DNA of 55,092 nt, from assembly GCA_002395385.1 (NCBI GenBank), contig DGWW01000224.1, forward strand, positions 1-55,092. Reading direction: 5' to 3'. The DNA is from Myxococcales bacterium UBA4248. GTDB lineage: Bacteria; Myxococcota_A; Bradymonadia; UBA4248. The notes under the pieces were generated by a model. It did not search any database. It saw nothing but the letters and a program-made list of their open reading frames with translations, and was not told where the DNA came from. Position 1 is the stretch's first letter. Each line of letters opens with the position of its first letter. The translations under genes were made by a program, and so were the position numbers. Shown here one piece after another: positions 1 to 9,363 of this stretch.

Positions 1-23
1 AACAAATCCGTTTGTAAAAAAAA
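1..23. repeat. Partial ACAAATCCGTTTGT + A-run intergenic repeat unit at the window edge
   Basis: aacaaatccgtttgt followed by A8 lies directly 3' of the pckG stop. The core matches units at 3155-3193 and 40002-40195. Confidence 0.7.
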
Positions 24-1787
24 TTATGAATTCAATCTCGCAATTTGCGCATCCAATTCGGCCTTGAACTGCGCAGGCATATCGAGTTTTGCAAAGATAT
101 CGGCCATGCGCTGCCATTTGGCGCGGTAAGCCTCGATGCGCACTGTGAACTGCTCGTCGTAATCTTCGCGCGAATAATCCTTGTGCAGAGCCGATTTAAA
201 GAGCGGCACCAAATCCTCGTATTTGGGGATATAGCCAACCGGCGTCTCGATGGCATCGTAATCGCCGTGTACGCGGCCTTCGGCCCACAGGATCCACACT
301 TTCTTATCGAGCTTGTGGTTGCAGAATTTTCCGGCTTTATTCTTGAGAAAATAGTTGGTCACAAAGACTTTGGGTGTCTTATCGAGACGGTCGGCCATCG
401 CAAGGTGGTCGGCAACGTACTTGGACAGAGGCAGCGTCATAAAGTCGAGGTTCGCATAGGGATTATGTTTCCTGACCCCTTCCTGTCCCAGGGTCGCAGC
501 CGTCGTCTCGCTTTCGATGCAGGCGCCCAGGAGCACGCCGTGCGCCCACGACAGCGACTCGCACACGGGCACGCTCGTATCCGAATCGCGGCCACCGTAA
601 ACCATCGCATCGAGGCGCACGCCTTTCGGGTCGTGCAGCGCAGGATCGCGATTGACGAGAGATTCGAGCGTAATCGTATAGCGCGCATTCTTATGCGAGA
701 CGGGCACATCCTTCATATCGGGCGTCCAGGTGCCCATATAATGCTTGCCGCCTTCGGCAGGCGGTTCGACTTCCGAACCGGTCCAATAGGGCACGCCGTC
801 TTTCGAAATCAGTACATTCGAGAAGATGCACTCGCCTTCGTGCGTCAAAACATTGAAAATCTCTGGGTCATCGACGGCATTGACATTCTCGATGATGCCG
901 AAAATCCCGCGTTCGACGTTGACGGCGCGCAATTCACGATCGAACACTTTGGCATAAATGATGTCGTCGCCGACGATGCTCTGCCCCGGAATCATGGCCG
1001 TCGACGTCTTGCCGCATGCCGACGGATAGGCCCCCGAAAAATAAGTCACGCGTCCGGGCTTGCCATGCACGCCCATCAGGAACATGTGCTCGGCGAGCCA
1101 TCCTTCGCGGTGTGCACGTGCAATCGCGAGACGGAAAGCCAGTTTCTTGAGGCCGACCGAATTGCCGCCATACTGATTGTTGATCGAAAAGACACGCCCA
1201 CCCTCGAGATCGACGTAGATGCGGCGTTTATCGACATTCTTCGTGACGCCGTTTTCGAGTTCGCCGGCACTATGAACGAAAACGAAGAAATCATTGGGGT
1301 CTTTGGCAGCCTTAAACGCCTCATACCCGCGCCGATACAGCAAATCCTCCGAGTGTGCGACGTACGCCGAATCGGTCAGCTGCAGCGCCAACAGCGAGAA
1401 TGGCGAGTTTGTGGGGCCGAGACAGCAAAACCGCACAAAAAGCTCTTTTCCGCGCATGATGCCTTTGAGCAGCCCTTCAATTTCGTCGAGTCCGGTCTGC
1501 CTGTCGAGCGTCTGCGTCTCGAACCCGAAATTGACGGGCTTCGACACGAGCAGCTTCGTGTGCGCCTTATCCCGCGCCTGATCCTGCGGCCCGTCAAAAT
1601 GGTACGTGTGACCTTTCATCGCCAGCAGATGTTCTTCGCCGCCTTCGAGCGCGCGCGACCGCAAAATTGCTGCATCTTCGGCACTGTCGTCGATGACCGT
1701 AACTTTGGCAGGCTCGCACAGTGCGACGTATTTTTCAACAATTTCATTGACCCTGGCGTTGTTCAAACGGGCTAATTTTTCGTCCAT
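24..1787 (-). CDS. pckG: Phosphoenolpyruvate carboxykinase (GTP)
   Basis: 587-aa ORF with GTP-PEPCK hallmarks along its full length, including the kinase-1a segment GAYPSACGKTSTAM and the FSINNQYGGNSVGLKK region. TAA stop. Confidence 0.95.
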   Translation of the reverse strand: MDEKLARLNNARVNEIVEKYVALCEPAKVTVIDDSAEDAAILRSRALEGGEEHLLAMKGHTYHFDGPQDQARDKAHTKLLVSKPVNFGFETQTLDRQTGLDEIEGLLKGIMRGKELFVRFCCLGPTNSPFSLLALQLTDSAYVAHSEDLLYRRGYEAFKAAKDPNDFFVFVHSAGELENGVTKNVDKRRIYVDLEGGRVFSINNQYGGNSVGLKKLAFRLAIARAHREGWLAEHMFLMGVHGKPGRVTYFSGAYPSACGKTSTAMIPGQSIVGDDIIYAKVFDRELRAVNVERGIFGIIENVNAVDDPEIFNVLTHEGECIFSNVLISKDGVPYWTGSEVEPPAEGGKHYMGTWTPDMKDVPVSHKNARYTITLESLVNRDPALHDPKGVRLDAMVYGGRDSDTSVPVCESLSWAHGVLLGACIESETTAATLGQEGVRKHNPYANLDFMTLPLSKYVADHLAMADRLDKTPKVFVTNYFLKNKAGKFCNHKLDKKVWILWAEGRVHGDYDAIETPVGYIPKYEDLVPLFKSALHKDYSREDYDEQFTVRIEAYRAKWQRMADIFAKLDMPAQFKAELDAQIARLNS

Positions 1788-1804
1788 ACTCTCTCCTGTA
1801 TTTG

Positions 1805-2090
1805 AAATAATCGGAGACGTTCCACGGAACGTCTCTACCTTTTGTTTTTATGTTTTTTATTTGGGATGGTGCTATCTCGCCGGGAGACGTGTCACGACAC
1901 GTCTCTACCGGCTCGATACGCACCTAATGTTTGATTTGTCAGGGGGCCGAGCCCCCTGCGGCGCTATGACCATTTGCAGGGACGTTTCACGGAACGTCCC
2001 TGCAAATGGTCATACGCGCCTACCCCCAATGCGGGGACACCCCGCAACGCCCCGTCCGGGCCTTGACGAGACGTGTCACGACACGTCTCT
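1805..2090. repeat. Stack of nested palindromic REP-like elements between the MORN gene and pckG
   Basis: Perfect palindromes: GAGACGTTCCACGGAACGTCTC (1814-1835), GAGACGTGTCACGACACGTCTC (1884-1905 and 2068-2089), and 22-bp arms at 1965-2014. Frame motifs GTGCTAT...ATACGCAC and GGCGCTAT...ATACGCGCC are shared with three other loci. Confidence 0.85.
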
Positions 2091-2760
2091 ACAAGGCCCC
2101 TCGCTCTTTAGACGGATAAAATTTCGATGTTGGCTGAAAATCCTTAATAAATATCTGGCATTCTTTTTCTTCCCCATGCTCAAGCCTGCATTCGCGGGCC
2201 AATTCTCCTTTTGGGGTATAAACTTTCCACGGTCCTTCTTCATAATCATTGACATAATCACCACTGGCCATGATCGTACCCGTGTTGTAATACAGCTCAA
2301 CGCCGCCATGCAGCTGATTATTCTCGTAATGTTTAACACTGCGGAGCTTGCCATTCACGTAATACTGTGTCCATTTGCCAGTGCGAACGTCGTTTTCCAT
2401 CAGCCCCTCGGTATCGACCTGGCCATTGGGATGATACGAGGTCCATGCGCCATTGAGCTTGTCTTTGACGTAGTTCGCACGCGTCCTGAGCCTGCCATTG
2501 ACATCAAATTCAAGCCAAAGTCCAGTTCTGCCATCCATCCCTACACAATAATATTCGGGATACGATGTGTTGGTCACCTCGACGCGACGCGTATGATCCG
2601 GGCACTTGAGCTCACGGACTTCTTTAAATGGTTCGGCTTCTTGATTTGCCTGCCCCTTTTGACAGCCGACCACGACACAAAAAAAGCTGCCCCAAATGAC
2701 AATGAAAAGAAGGATATTTTTAGATTCAAGAAGGCTCATGCCGCATCCATGCAGATTCAC
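2089..2760 (-). CDS. MORN-repeat variant (YwqK-like) lipoprotein
   Basis: Signal/lipobox FFCVVVGC, followed by repeated G-x-W-x-x-Y-x-x-N-G-x-L type MORN-variant units (GKWTQYYVNGKLRSVKHYENNQLHG...). The true start may be the internal Met near 2739. Confidence 0.65.
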   Translation of the reverse strand: MNLHGCGMSLLESKNILLFIVIWGSFFCVVVGCQKGQANQEAEPFKEVRELKCPDHTRRVEVTNTSYPEYYCVGMDGRTGLWLEFDVNGRLRTRANYVKDKLNGAWTSYHPNGQVDTEGLMENDVRTGKWTQYYVNGKLRSVKHYENNQLHGGVELYYNTGTIMASGDYVNDYEEGPWKVYTPKGELARECRLEHGEEKECQIFIKDFQPTSKFYPSKERGAL

Positions 2761-3060
2761 ACCTGATTCATTTCAGGTAAGATGATTTTATTCTAAATAA
2801 CGGGATTCGTGCAACATGAGAATGAAAAAAACGAAGCTATGTGGTTACTACTCAGCCGGGGCTCTGCCCCGGACCCCGCCAAGGGTCTGAGACCCTTGGA
2901 ACCCACAATTATTTTTGTTTATTCATTACTTTTCATAACCCCAGACAATCCTTTTCTCGATGGGGCCCCTCCCCCATCTCTCTAAAGTATTTGAATTGAC
3001 TTTAACCTCAAGCGCTACAAACCTGCTATTGTTGTAGACATAGAAAATAACAGTACTCTA

Positions 3061-3091
3061 TTTGACAGTGGGGCAAGCCCCACTGTCAGTT
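3061..3091. repeat. TTTGACAGTGG...CCACTGTCAGTT hairpin repeat
   Basis: tttgacagtggggcaagccccactgtcagtt. A second copy with a different inner stem lies at 41949-41980. Confidence 0.7.
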
Positions 3092-3154
3092 AGGCTGCCT
3101 ATATTTACTGTTATTAACCGTGTCCATGACAATCACATTCGTCCTTAAAAGTAA

Positions 3155-3193
3155 GCATCGTTAGATGCGAACAAATCCGTTTGTTAAAAAAAA
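3155..3193. repeat. ACAAATCCGTTTGT-family unit (reverse orientation)
   Basis: The reverse complement is identical over about 38 nt to 40051-40088 (T-run, AACAAACGGATTTGTT, hairpin CGCATC-taac-GATGCG). Confidence 0.85.
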
Positions 3194-3331
3194 CAAGAAT
3201 GGCGGCTGAACAGTTACACGATTAGTAACATATACGATGGCATGTTCTGGTATTTCCGTCGAAAAAATGATACCAGATATCGCTTGAAAGGGAGCGGTTT
3301 AATCCCCATTTTTTTGCAATACAGAAACAAT

Positions 3332-3997
3332 ATGAAACTATCCTTTATAGCGCATGCAACCTTTGCAATCGATTTGGACGATGGTCGCAGAATCGTCATC
3401 GATCCTTACGAATCGATGACGTTCAAAGGTCGTTTTAATTACCCACCGTTTTGTACTTGCGCCGATTTTGTGCTCATTACGCACGAGCATATCGACCACA
3501 ATTACCTGGGGGATATTCATAATATTCCGGTCGTTGTGCGGCACGACTGGTGCGACAGCTCGCTCAAAGTCACTTCGCATTTTGTATGGCACGATAAATT
3601 TGAGGGAACCAAATTCGGCGGCGGCGTTTGGATGAAGTTGATCGAGGCCGATGGCATGCGCATACTGCACATGGGGGACTGCGGCGAAATTCTTACAGAT
3701 GAACAGATCGCTGCGCTTGGAAGAATTGATATTCTGCTCATTCCCGTGGGGGGATTTTATACAATCGATGGTCATGAGGCCGCCGATTTAGCACTCAGAA
3801 TCGGTGCACGCGTCACGATTCCATGCCATTACCAAACGCCGTTGTGCAGTCTTCCTATTACAGGACCTGAAGCTTTTTTATCGCATTTCCCTAATTATCA
3901 CGTCCTCAGCACACACGAAATCGACGCTTCGAGTCTACCCACAGGTATTGTGATGATGAAAGATTTATATAAAAATGGACAACACGAACGTGTGTAA
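3332..3997 (+). CDS. MBL-fold metallo-hydrolase
   Basis: The HxHxDH motif (THEHIDHNY) sits in a beta-lactamase-fold-like context. The start is set at MKLSFIAHATF rather than the longer ORF start at 3242. Confidence 0.75.
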   Translation: MKLSFIAHATFAIDLDDGRRIVIDPYESMTFKGRFNYPPFCTCADFVLITHEHIDHNYLGDIHNIPVVVRHDWCDSSLKVTSHFVWHDKFEGTKFGGGVWMKLIEADGMRILHMGDCGEILTDEQIAALGRIDILLIPVGGFYTIDGHEAADLALRIGARVTIPCHYQTPLCSLPITGPEAFLSHFPNYHVLSTHEIDASSLPTGIVMMKDLYKNGQHERV

Positions 3998-4036
3998 ACA
4001 CGTGAGTGCCCAAATAGGATTCCAAAAGGAGAAAAC

Positions 4037-7000
4037 ATGAAATATAAACGTCTATTAGAAGTCATTGGCATCAGCTGTACCCTGCTCTGGGGTTGCAACG
4101 ACGATTCGTCCTCTGAAGATAATGAAACAGTCCCCGAATGCGGGAATATGGTAGTAGACGCCGGCGAAACCTGCGACGACGGCAACACCAACGACGGGGA
4201 CGGCTGTTCGGCCGACTGCACCACTGTCGAAGATAACTACTTGTGCCCCGATCGGGGCGGTGCCTGTGAACAGAATGAACCTGGAACGGCCCAATGCGGC
4301 AACAGCAAAGTCGAAAATAAGGAAACATGCGATGATGGCAACCACAATGATGGCGACGGTTGCTCATCGGACTGCATGGCCATTGAAGCCGGGTTTGAAT
4401 GCCCTAAAGAAGGGGGAGCATGTTCCCAGGCTGTGGGTAAAAAATGTGGCAACGGGAAAATCGATGGCGACGAAGCTTGCGATCCCGGCAATTCACCGGC
4501 AGATTATGGGGTAGATGACGACGGCAATCCACTTTGCACGGATGCATGCGAGTTGGCAGCTTATTGCGGTGATGGCATCGTTCAAGAAGATCAGAATGAA
4601 GAATGCGATGAAGGCTTAGAGCTCGAAGGAAAAAAAGTCGGCGGAGACGGGAGCTATGGCGGCTGTACAGCTGACTGTAAAAAGGCCCCCTACTGCGGCG
4701 ACGGAAACTGGGATCCTGATAATGAGGTCTGTGACATCTTCTATGTCGGTGAGAATCCTGGATGTATTGAGTGTACTTCGATTGCCGAAGGCTATGAATG
4801 TGACAACGGCATTTGTGCCCCTATGACCTGTGGCAACGGTACGCTCGATGAAGAAGAGCAATGCGATGACGGCAATTTTAACAGTGGCGATGGCTGCCAT
4901 CAGTGTACCGTCGAAGAGGGCTACAAATGCCAGGGGCAAAAAGAAATCGAAGTCGCCGATGAAAATGGCGTTTTCCATAAAGAGACGGTCAATACCTGTC
5001 AAGAATGTGAGCCCCTGAATGTGGCCTGTATGGCCATTGCTTATGGCGATGGCAAACTCGACATAGATGGCAACGAAGAGTGCGACGATGGAAATACAAA
5101 CGATGGCGATGGCTGTTCTTCGAAGGGCAGTATCGAACCGGGCTATATCTGTCCCACCCCATCCAAACGCTGTATAGCTGCGACCTGTGGAGACGGGATC
5201 GTCGCTTATGGCGAAATGTGCGACGATGGAAATTCCACTGACGGTGACGGTTGCTCTGCTCGCTGTAAACTCGAGACAGGCTATGCATGTCCTACCCCGG
5301 GTTCGGCATGCCACAAGTCAGCGTGCGGCGATGGCAAAGTCGAAGGATACGAAGTCTGTGATGATGGTAATACGGCAGCGGGTGACGGTTGTGCCGCCGA
5401 TTGTTTGTCATTTGAACAGGGGTATCGCTGCAATGCAGCCGGCGGTGCATGCGAAAAAACTGAATGCGGAGACGGCAAACTCAATGGCGGTGAAGCCGGA
5501 TTTGCAGGCTATGAAACTTGCGATCTCGGCAGTGGCAATGGACCAGATTCAGCATGTGGTGCTAATTGTACGATCAATGCCGGATGGGCTTGTTCTGATT
5601 ACACCGATGCTACAACGTGCACGAAGGGCTGCTGTGGCGATGGAATACAGCAACAGGGCGAAGAATGTGATGATGGCAACAATGTAGCCGGCGATGGATG
5701 CGATCCCAAGTGCAGACGTGAACTCATTTTTGAATGTCTGGATGGCGTTTGCAAGCCGATTTGCGGCGATGGCATCACGTTGTGGATGGACACTATCCCC
5801 GAGGAGTACCGCGAAGAATGCGACGACGGCAACCTGATTTCGGGGGATGGATGTTCGGCAGACTGCAAAGTCGAAGCGGGTTATACGTGTACGGAATTCT
5901 CGAACAATTATCCCGATACCATCGAATTACCCATTACTTACTATGATTTTAGGCGTTTTGCCCATAGCTATCCTTCGTTTACGAGTACATACGATGGGTA
6001 TGTTTCACAGGACACCATCCTTGAATGGCAGAAAGATCCCGAATGTGTCACACCAATGAATAATGCTAAAATAACGGCGGATCACGGACATCCGGATTTT
6101 GAACAATGCCTTTATACAGGTGTCATGTGCAACAATATGGTCGAAAAAATGCTGGATTCCGAAGGCAAACCAGTATTGAAATCGACCGAAACGATATGCA
6201 AGGACGTCAACGGAAATGACCTGACCTGGAAAGTAGGGACGATTTTAAGGTGTGGCCCAACATTTAGATCCTGGTATCGCGAGACACTCAATCCAGTCAA
6301 TTCGAGTGTGAGTTATCTTGCAACTCCGACGCGCATCAACAATGTGATTCATTCGACCTTATTAATGGAACACCAGACAGGAAGCGATGTCGCCAAGGGA
6401 ACATACGTTTTTAACAGTGCCAAGCCGCCTGCGAATGCGAAACGCGTCGATGGACAGCCATTTACGCCGGGTTATTTTGGGCCGTTGGATAATGCAGGCT
6501 ATGGCAATACTTATCCGCCAAAACCAGAAGAGCCGATTCACAACGGCAATTTTACCTCGGAATTAGAGACCTATTTTCAGTATAAAGGCGGTGAAAAGCT
6601 CGTTTTCAGAGGGGACGATGACGTCTGGGTGTTTGTCAACAACCGCTTATTCGTCGATCTTGGCGGCTATGCTTATGGAGAAGGCGGTATTGGCACACTT
6701 GGAGATCAGGAATATATCTTTACCTGTGACGGCAAAGAAATCAAAACGGGTAAAAAACACGATGCCGATCTCGAAATCTATGAAAACGGCATTTATCCAA
6801 TCAAATTATTCCAGGCTGAACGTTGTGACTCGGGATCGACCTATCATCTGACCCTGAGTGGATTTTTGAACACAGGCAAAGCCACATGCCAGCTTGCATG
6901 CGGCGATGGCAAAAAAGCCGAAACCGAAGAATGTGACAACGGATCTGCCAATAAAGACGATCTCTACGATGGCTGTACAACCCAATGCAAACGTGGTCCC

Positions 7001-7102
7001 CACTGTGGCGATGGCATTGTAAATGGCCCCGAAGAATGCGACGAAGGCAGTGCCAACGGCAGCGGTAAATGCACAAAAGCGTGTAAGAATCAGGTTAATT
7101 AA
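4037..7102 (+). CDS. Large secreted lipoprotein: about 19 Myxococcus-type cysteine-rich repeats plus a fibro-slime/PA14-like domain
   Basis: Lipobox LLWGC. The CDDGN-x-x-(D/S/A)GDGCS-x-x-C module recurs from about 4150-5900 and again at 6890-7090. The central region carries GDDDVWVFVNNRLFVDLGG, typical of the fibro-slime/PA14 family. Confidence 0.8.
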   Translation: MKYKRLLEVIGISCTLLWGCNDDSSSEDNETVPECGNMVVDAGETCDDGNTNDGDGCSADCTTVEDNYLCPDRGGACEQNEPGTAQCGNSKVENKETCDDGNHNDGDGCSSDCMAIEAGFECPKEGGACSQAVGKKCGNGKIDGDEACDPGNSPADYGVDDDGNPLCTDACELAAYCGDGIVQEDQNEECDEGLELEGKKVGGDGSYGGCTADCKKAPYCGDGNWDPDNEVCDIFYVGENPGCIECTSIAEGYECDNGICAPMTCGNGTLDEEEQCDDGNFNSGDGCHQCTVEEGYKCQGQKEIEVADENGVFHKETVNTCQECEPLNVACMAIAYGDGKLDIDGNEECDDGNTNDGDGCSSKGSIEPGYICPTPSKRCIAATCGDGIVAYGEMCDDGNSTDGDGCSARCKLETGYACPTPGSACHKSACGDGKVEGYEVCDDGNTAAGDGCAADCLSFEQGYRCNAAGGACEKTECGDGKLNGGEAGFAGYETCDLGSGNGPDSACGANCTINAGWACSDYTDATTCTKGCCGDGIQQQGEECDDGNNVAGDGCDPKCRRELIFECLDGVCKPICGDGITLWMDTIPEEYREECDDGNLISGDGCSADCKVEAGYTCTEFSNNYPDTIELPITYYDFRRFAHSYPSFTSTYDGYVSQDTILEWQKDPECVTPMNNAKITADHGHPDFEQCLYTGVMCNNMVEKMLDSEGKPVLKSTETICKDVNGNDLTWKVGTILRCGPTFRSWYRETLNPVNSSVSYLATPTRINNVIHSTLLMEHQTGSDVAKGTYVFNSAKPPANAKRVDGQPFTPGYFGPLDNAGYGNTYPPKPEEPIHNGNFTSELETYFQYKGGEKLVFRGDDDVWVFVNNRLFVDLGGYAYGEGGIGTLGDQEYIFTCDGKEIKTGKKHDADLEIYENGIYPIKLFQAERCDSGSTYHLTLSGFLNTGKATCQLACGDGKKAETEECDNGSANKDDLYDGCTTQCKRGPHCGDGIVNGPEECDEGSANGSGKCTKACKNQVN

Positions 7103-7127
7103 AACCATGCCATTGTGACTTTCGTAA

Positions 7128-7158
7128 AGAGACGTTCCGATAGAGCGTCTCTTTTTTT
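7128..7158 (+). terminator. Rho-independent terminator of the fibro-slime gene
   Basis: Stem AGAGACG/CGTCTCT followed by T7, 26 nt after the stop. Confidence 0.7.
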
Positions 7159-7204
7159 GGCTTATAAAAAAAACTACATCATTGTTTTGATTTTTTTATT
7201 GGGC

Positions 7205-7450
7205 GCGGTCTATGCCTGCGGCATACGACCGTCGCATCGGGCTATTGCGCAAAGCGCAATACGCTCCGATATTTTTTGATCCAGACGATAAACGCTAGCC
7301 CTGAGGCGAAAATCTTCGAACAGTCTCTCCATACGCATGAAAAGCATTTTTTTGTGTATGGTCATGCCATATTTATGCGCAGGTGTATTGGCTCATGCCA
7401 ATAACCTGCGCCGCAGCCCGTATTTGCACCGCAAATAGGGCGGCGAATCC
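7205..7450. repeat. Cluster of TAT-stem-ATA palindromic units
   Basis: Units: tatgcctgcggcata, attgcgcaaagcgcaat, gcgcaggtgtattggctcatgccaataacctgcgc, tatttgcaccgcaaata. Confidence 0.75.
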
Positions 7451-7477
7451 ACATCATCAATATACATACGTGCAAAA

Positions 7478-7506
7478 TTAGACTTTTTTCTGAACCGTGC
7501 ATAATT
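7478..7506 (+). promoter_or_regulatory. Candidate sigma70-type promoter of the pil operon
   Basis: TTAGAC, 17-nt spacer, ATAATT, about 40 nt upstream of the pilM ATG. A GGAG ribosome-binding site lies at 7535-7538. Confidence 0.35.
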
Positions 7507-7545
7507 AGGGCTGGCTGATTGTCTTTTTAGTCATAGGAGATTACG

Positions 7546-8601
7546 ATGGCCAAAGGCAAATTATTATTAGGTCTTGATATTGGTTCGAGCAGTGCAAAGA
7601 TCTGCCAGCTTCGGGATGATCACGGTTCTTATACAATTGAGGCGGTGGATCGTGAGCTATTTCCAGTAGATGCAATTGTGGATGGCTCAATACTCGATCG
7701 AGCAAGTTTAACGAGAGGCATACGTAATTTACTGAATCGCAATAAGATAAAGCAAAAACAGTGTGCCATTGCGATATCCGGTTACAGTGTCATTGTGAAA
7801 AGACTTCGTCTTTCGAATATGACAGATGAAGAGCTGGCTCAGAATCTTCGTTGGGAAGTGGAACAGCATATCCCATACGAGTATTCGGAAGTCGTGTACG
7901 ATACCGTCGTACTTGGGCGCAATCCGTCGCAGAATTCGATGGATATTTTGCTCGTCGCAAGCAAGCGTGAAGTAGTCAACGATTATATTTCCGTTGCGAA
8001 AGATGCCGGCCTGGATGTAAAGGTTGTGGATGTCGCGAGCTTTGCGCTTCAGAATATGATTGAAACTGTCTATGGTGCCGCATCCCTAGGATCGTGTTCG
8101 GGCGTCATCAATATTGGTGCATCCGTCACATCGATGACGATGATGACAGATGGTGTCACATCGTTTACGCGAGACATTACCATTGGCGGCAATCAGATTA
8201 CCGAAGAAATCCAAAAGAAACTAGGAATCACACACGAAGAAGCCGAGTCATTTAAGACAGGCAATGTCGCGGAAGGTTCGGCACTCATTCCAAAGGATGT
8301 CAATGACATTACGTGTCAGGTCAGTGAACTGATCGCCAATGAGATTAAGCGTTCGCTGGCATTTTTCTATGAAACATCCGGTCGGGACAAGGTTGACAAA
8401 CTCTTTTTATGCGGCGGTGTTGTCAAAAATTCATCGACATTCCGTGTGCTTGAAAAAACGATTGGTGAGCGTATTCAGATAGCGAATCCATTCGATGGTA
8501 TGCAATACAACAAGAAACTCTATTCACGGGAATCACTCGATGAATTGTCGCTCGAATCGGCCGTAGCGCTCGGACTTGCACTGCGACGAAACGCCGAGTA
8601 G
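7546..8601 (+). CDS. pilM: Type IV pilus assembly protein PilM (actin-like ATPase fold)
   Basis: N-terminal LLGLDIGSSSAKI actin-fold phosphate motif. It is the first gene of a pilMNOPQ-ordered operon. Confidence 0.9.
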   Translation: MAKGKLLLGLDIGSSSAKICQLRDDHGSYTIEAVDRELFPVDAIVDGSILDRASLTRGIRNLLNRNKIKQKQCAIAISGYSVIVKRLRLSNMTDEELAQNLRWEVEQHIPYEYSEVVYDTVVLGRNPSQNSMDILLVASKREVVNDYISVAKDAGLDVKVVDVASFALQNMIETVYGAASLGSCSGVINIGASVTSMTMMTDGVTSFTRDITIGGNQITEEIQKKLGITHEEAESFKTGNVAEGSALIPKDVNDITCQVSELIANEIKRSLAFFYETSGRDKVDKLFLCGGVVKNSSTFRVLEKTIGERIQIANPFDGMQYNKKLYSRESLDELSLESAVALGLALRRNAE

Positions 8602-8625
8602 CCTGGGGCGCAAGGGGAATTTGAT

Positions 8626-9354
8626 ATGATAATTCGCATTAATCTCCATCCTAACCGCAAGGTAAAGGCCAAATCCAATCCCGCGACATGGGTTTTGCTG
8701 GTATGTTTTATCATTGCAGCGGCCATTCTCGCAGGTTTTTGGATTGCCTCAAGCAATCTGGATGAAAAAACAAGCGCGATCAATCGCGAGAGCAACCAGC
8801 TGCAATCTGAGATAGACCAAATTAAAGAACGCATCAAAGACATCACCACCATCCGTGCAAAGATTGCGGAGTTGAATGACCGCCAGGTGGTTTTGGCAAG
8901 GTACACGAGTATCCGACAGGGACCTCAGTTTGTACTCAACGAGATATCGCGTCTGCTCTCGAATCCGCGGGATGTCGTCGGCCGTAAGGAAGCATCCGAG
9001 AAAGGTTGGCTACTGGCCTGGGAACCGGACAATGTCATGCTTAAAACATTTAAGGACATTGGCAACGGGCAAATTGAGCTCACAGGTACGGCGCGCACCA
9101 TGGAGGACATCCAGGAATTCTGGACGCGCATGAAAACAAGCTCAATGTTAAGAAACGTCAAGCTCATTGAGATTAAAGACGCCAAGGACAGTGTTTCGTC
9201 CGAAGTTGTTCAGTCATTTGTTTTTACGGCAGATGCCAATTTTAACTACCAAACCCAGGAAGGTCGTGCCCTGATCGAATCCTTGTTACAGGAAGAAGCC
9301 CCTGAGGCAGAAAATGCCGAGGGTTCAGACCAGGCACAACCGGAACAAAAGTAG
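8626..9354 (+). CDS. pilN: Type IV pilus assembly protein PilN
   Basis: INLHP N-terminus, a single TM helix and a coiled coil. Its position is between pilM and pilO. Confidence 0.8.
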   Translation: MIIRINLHPNRKVKAKSNPATWVLLVCFIIAAAILAGFWIASSNLDEKTSAINRESNQLQSEIDQIKERIKDITTIRAKIAELNDRQVVLARYTSIRQGPQFVLNEISRLLSNPRDVVGRKEASEKGWLLAWEPDNVMLKTFKDIGNGQIELTGTARTMEDIQEFWTRMKTSSMLRNVKLIEIKDAKDSVSSEVVQSFVFTADANFNYQTQEGRALIESLLQEEAPEAENAEGSDQAQPEQK

Positions 9355-9363
9355 GGGGAAACA

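Noticed and set aside
45-1775. A 576-aa ORF antisense to pckG, spanning almost its entire length.
   Set aside because: It is the mirror frame of a strongly supported, full-length PEPCK gene. The product is Arg/His/Gly/Phe-rich low-complexity sequence with no recognisable motif. Long antisense ORFs are expected opposite codon-biased genes.
1693-2766. A 357-aa plus-strand ORF running through the REP cluster and antisense to the MORN-repeat gene.
   Set aside because: Its first third translates palindromic repeats, and the remainder is the shadow of the MORN lipoprotein gene.
2761-3241. The 480-bp gene-free region was inspected for a tRNA or small RNA gene.
   Set aside because: It contains several short GC hairpins (ccggggctctgccccgg, caagggtctgagacccttg, gatggggcccctcccccatc) and two REP-family units. 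I could fold no cloverleaf and find no conserved ncRNA motif. It is best treated as another repeat-filled spacer.
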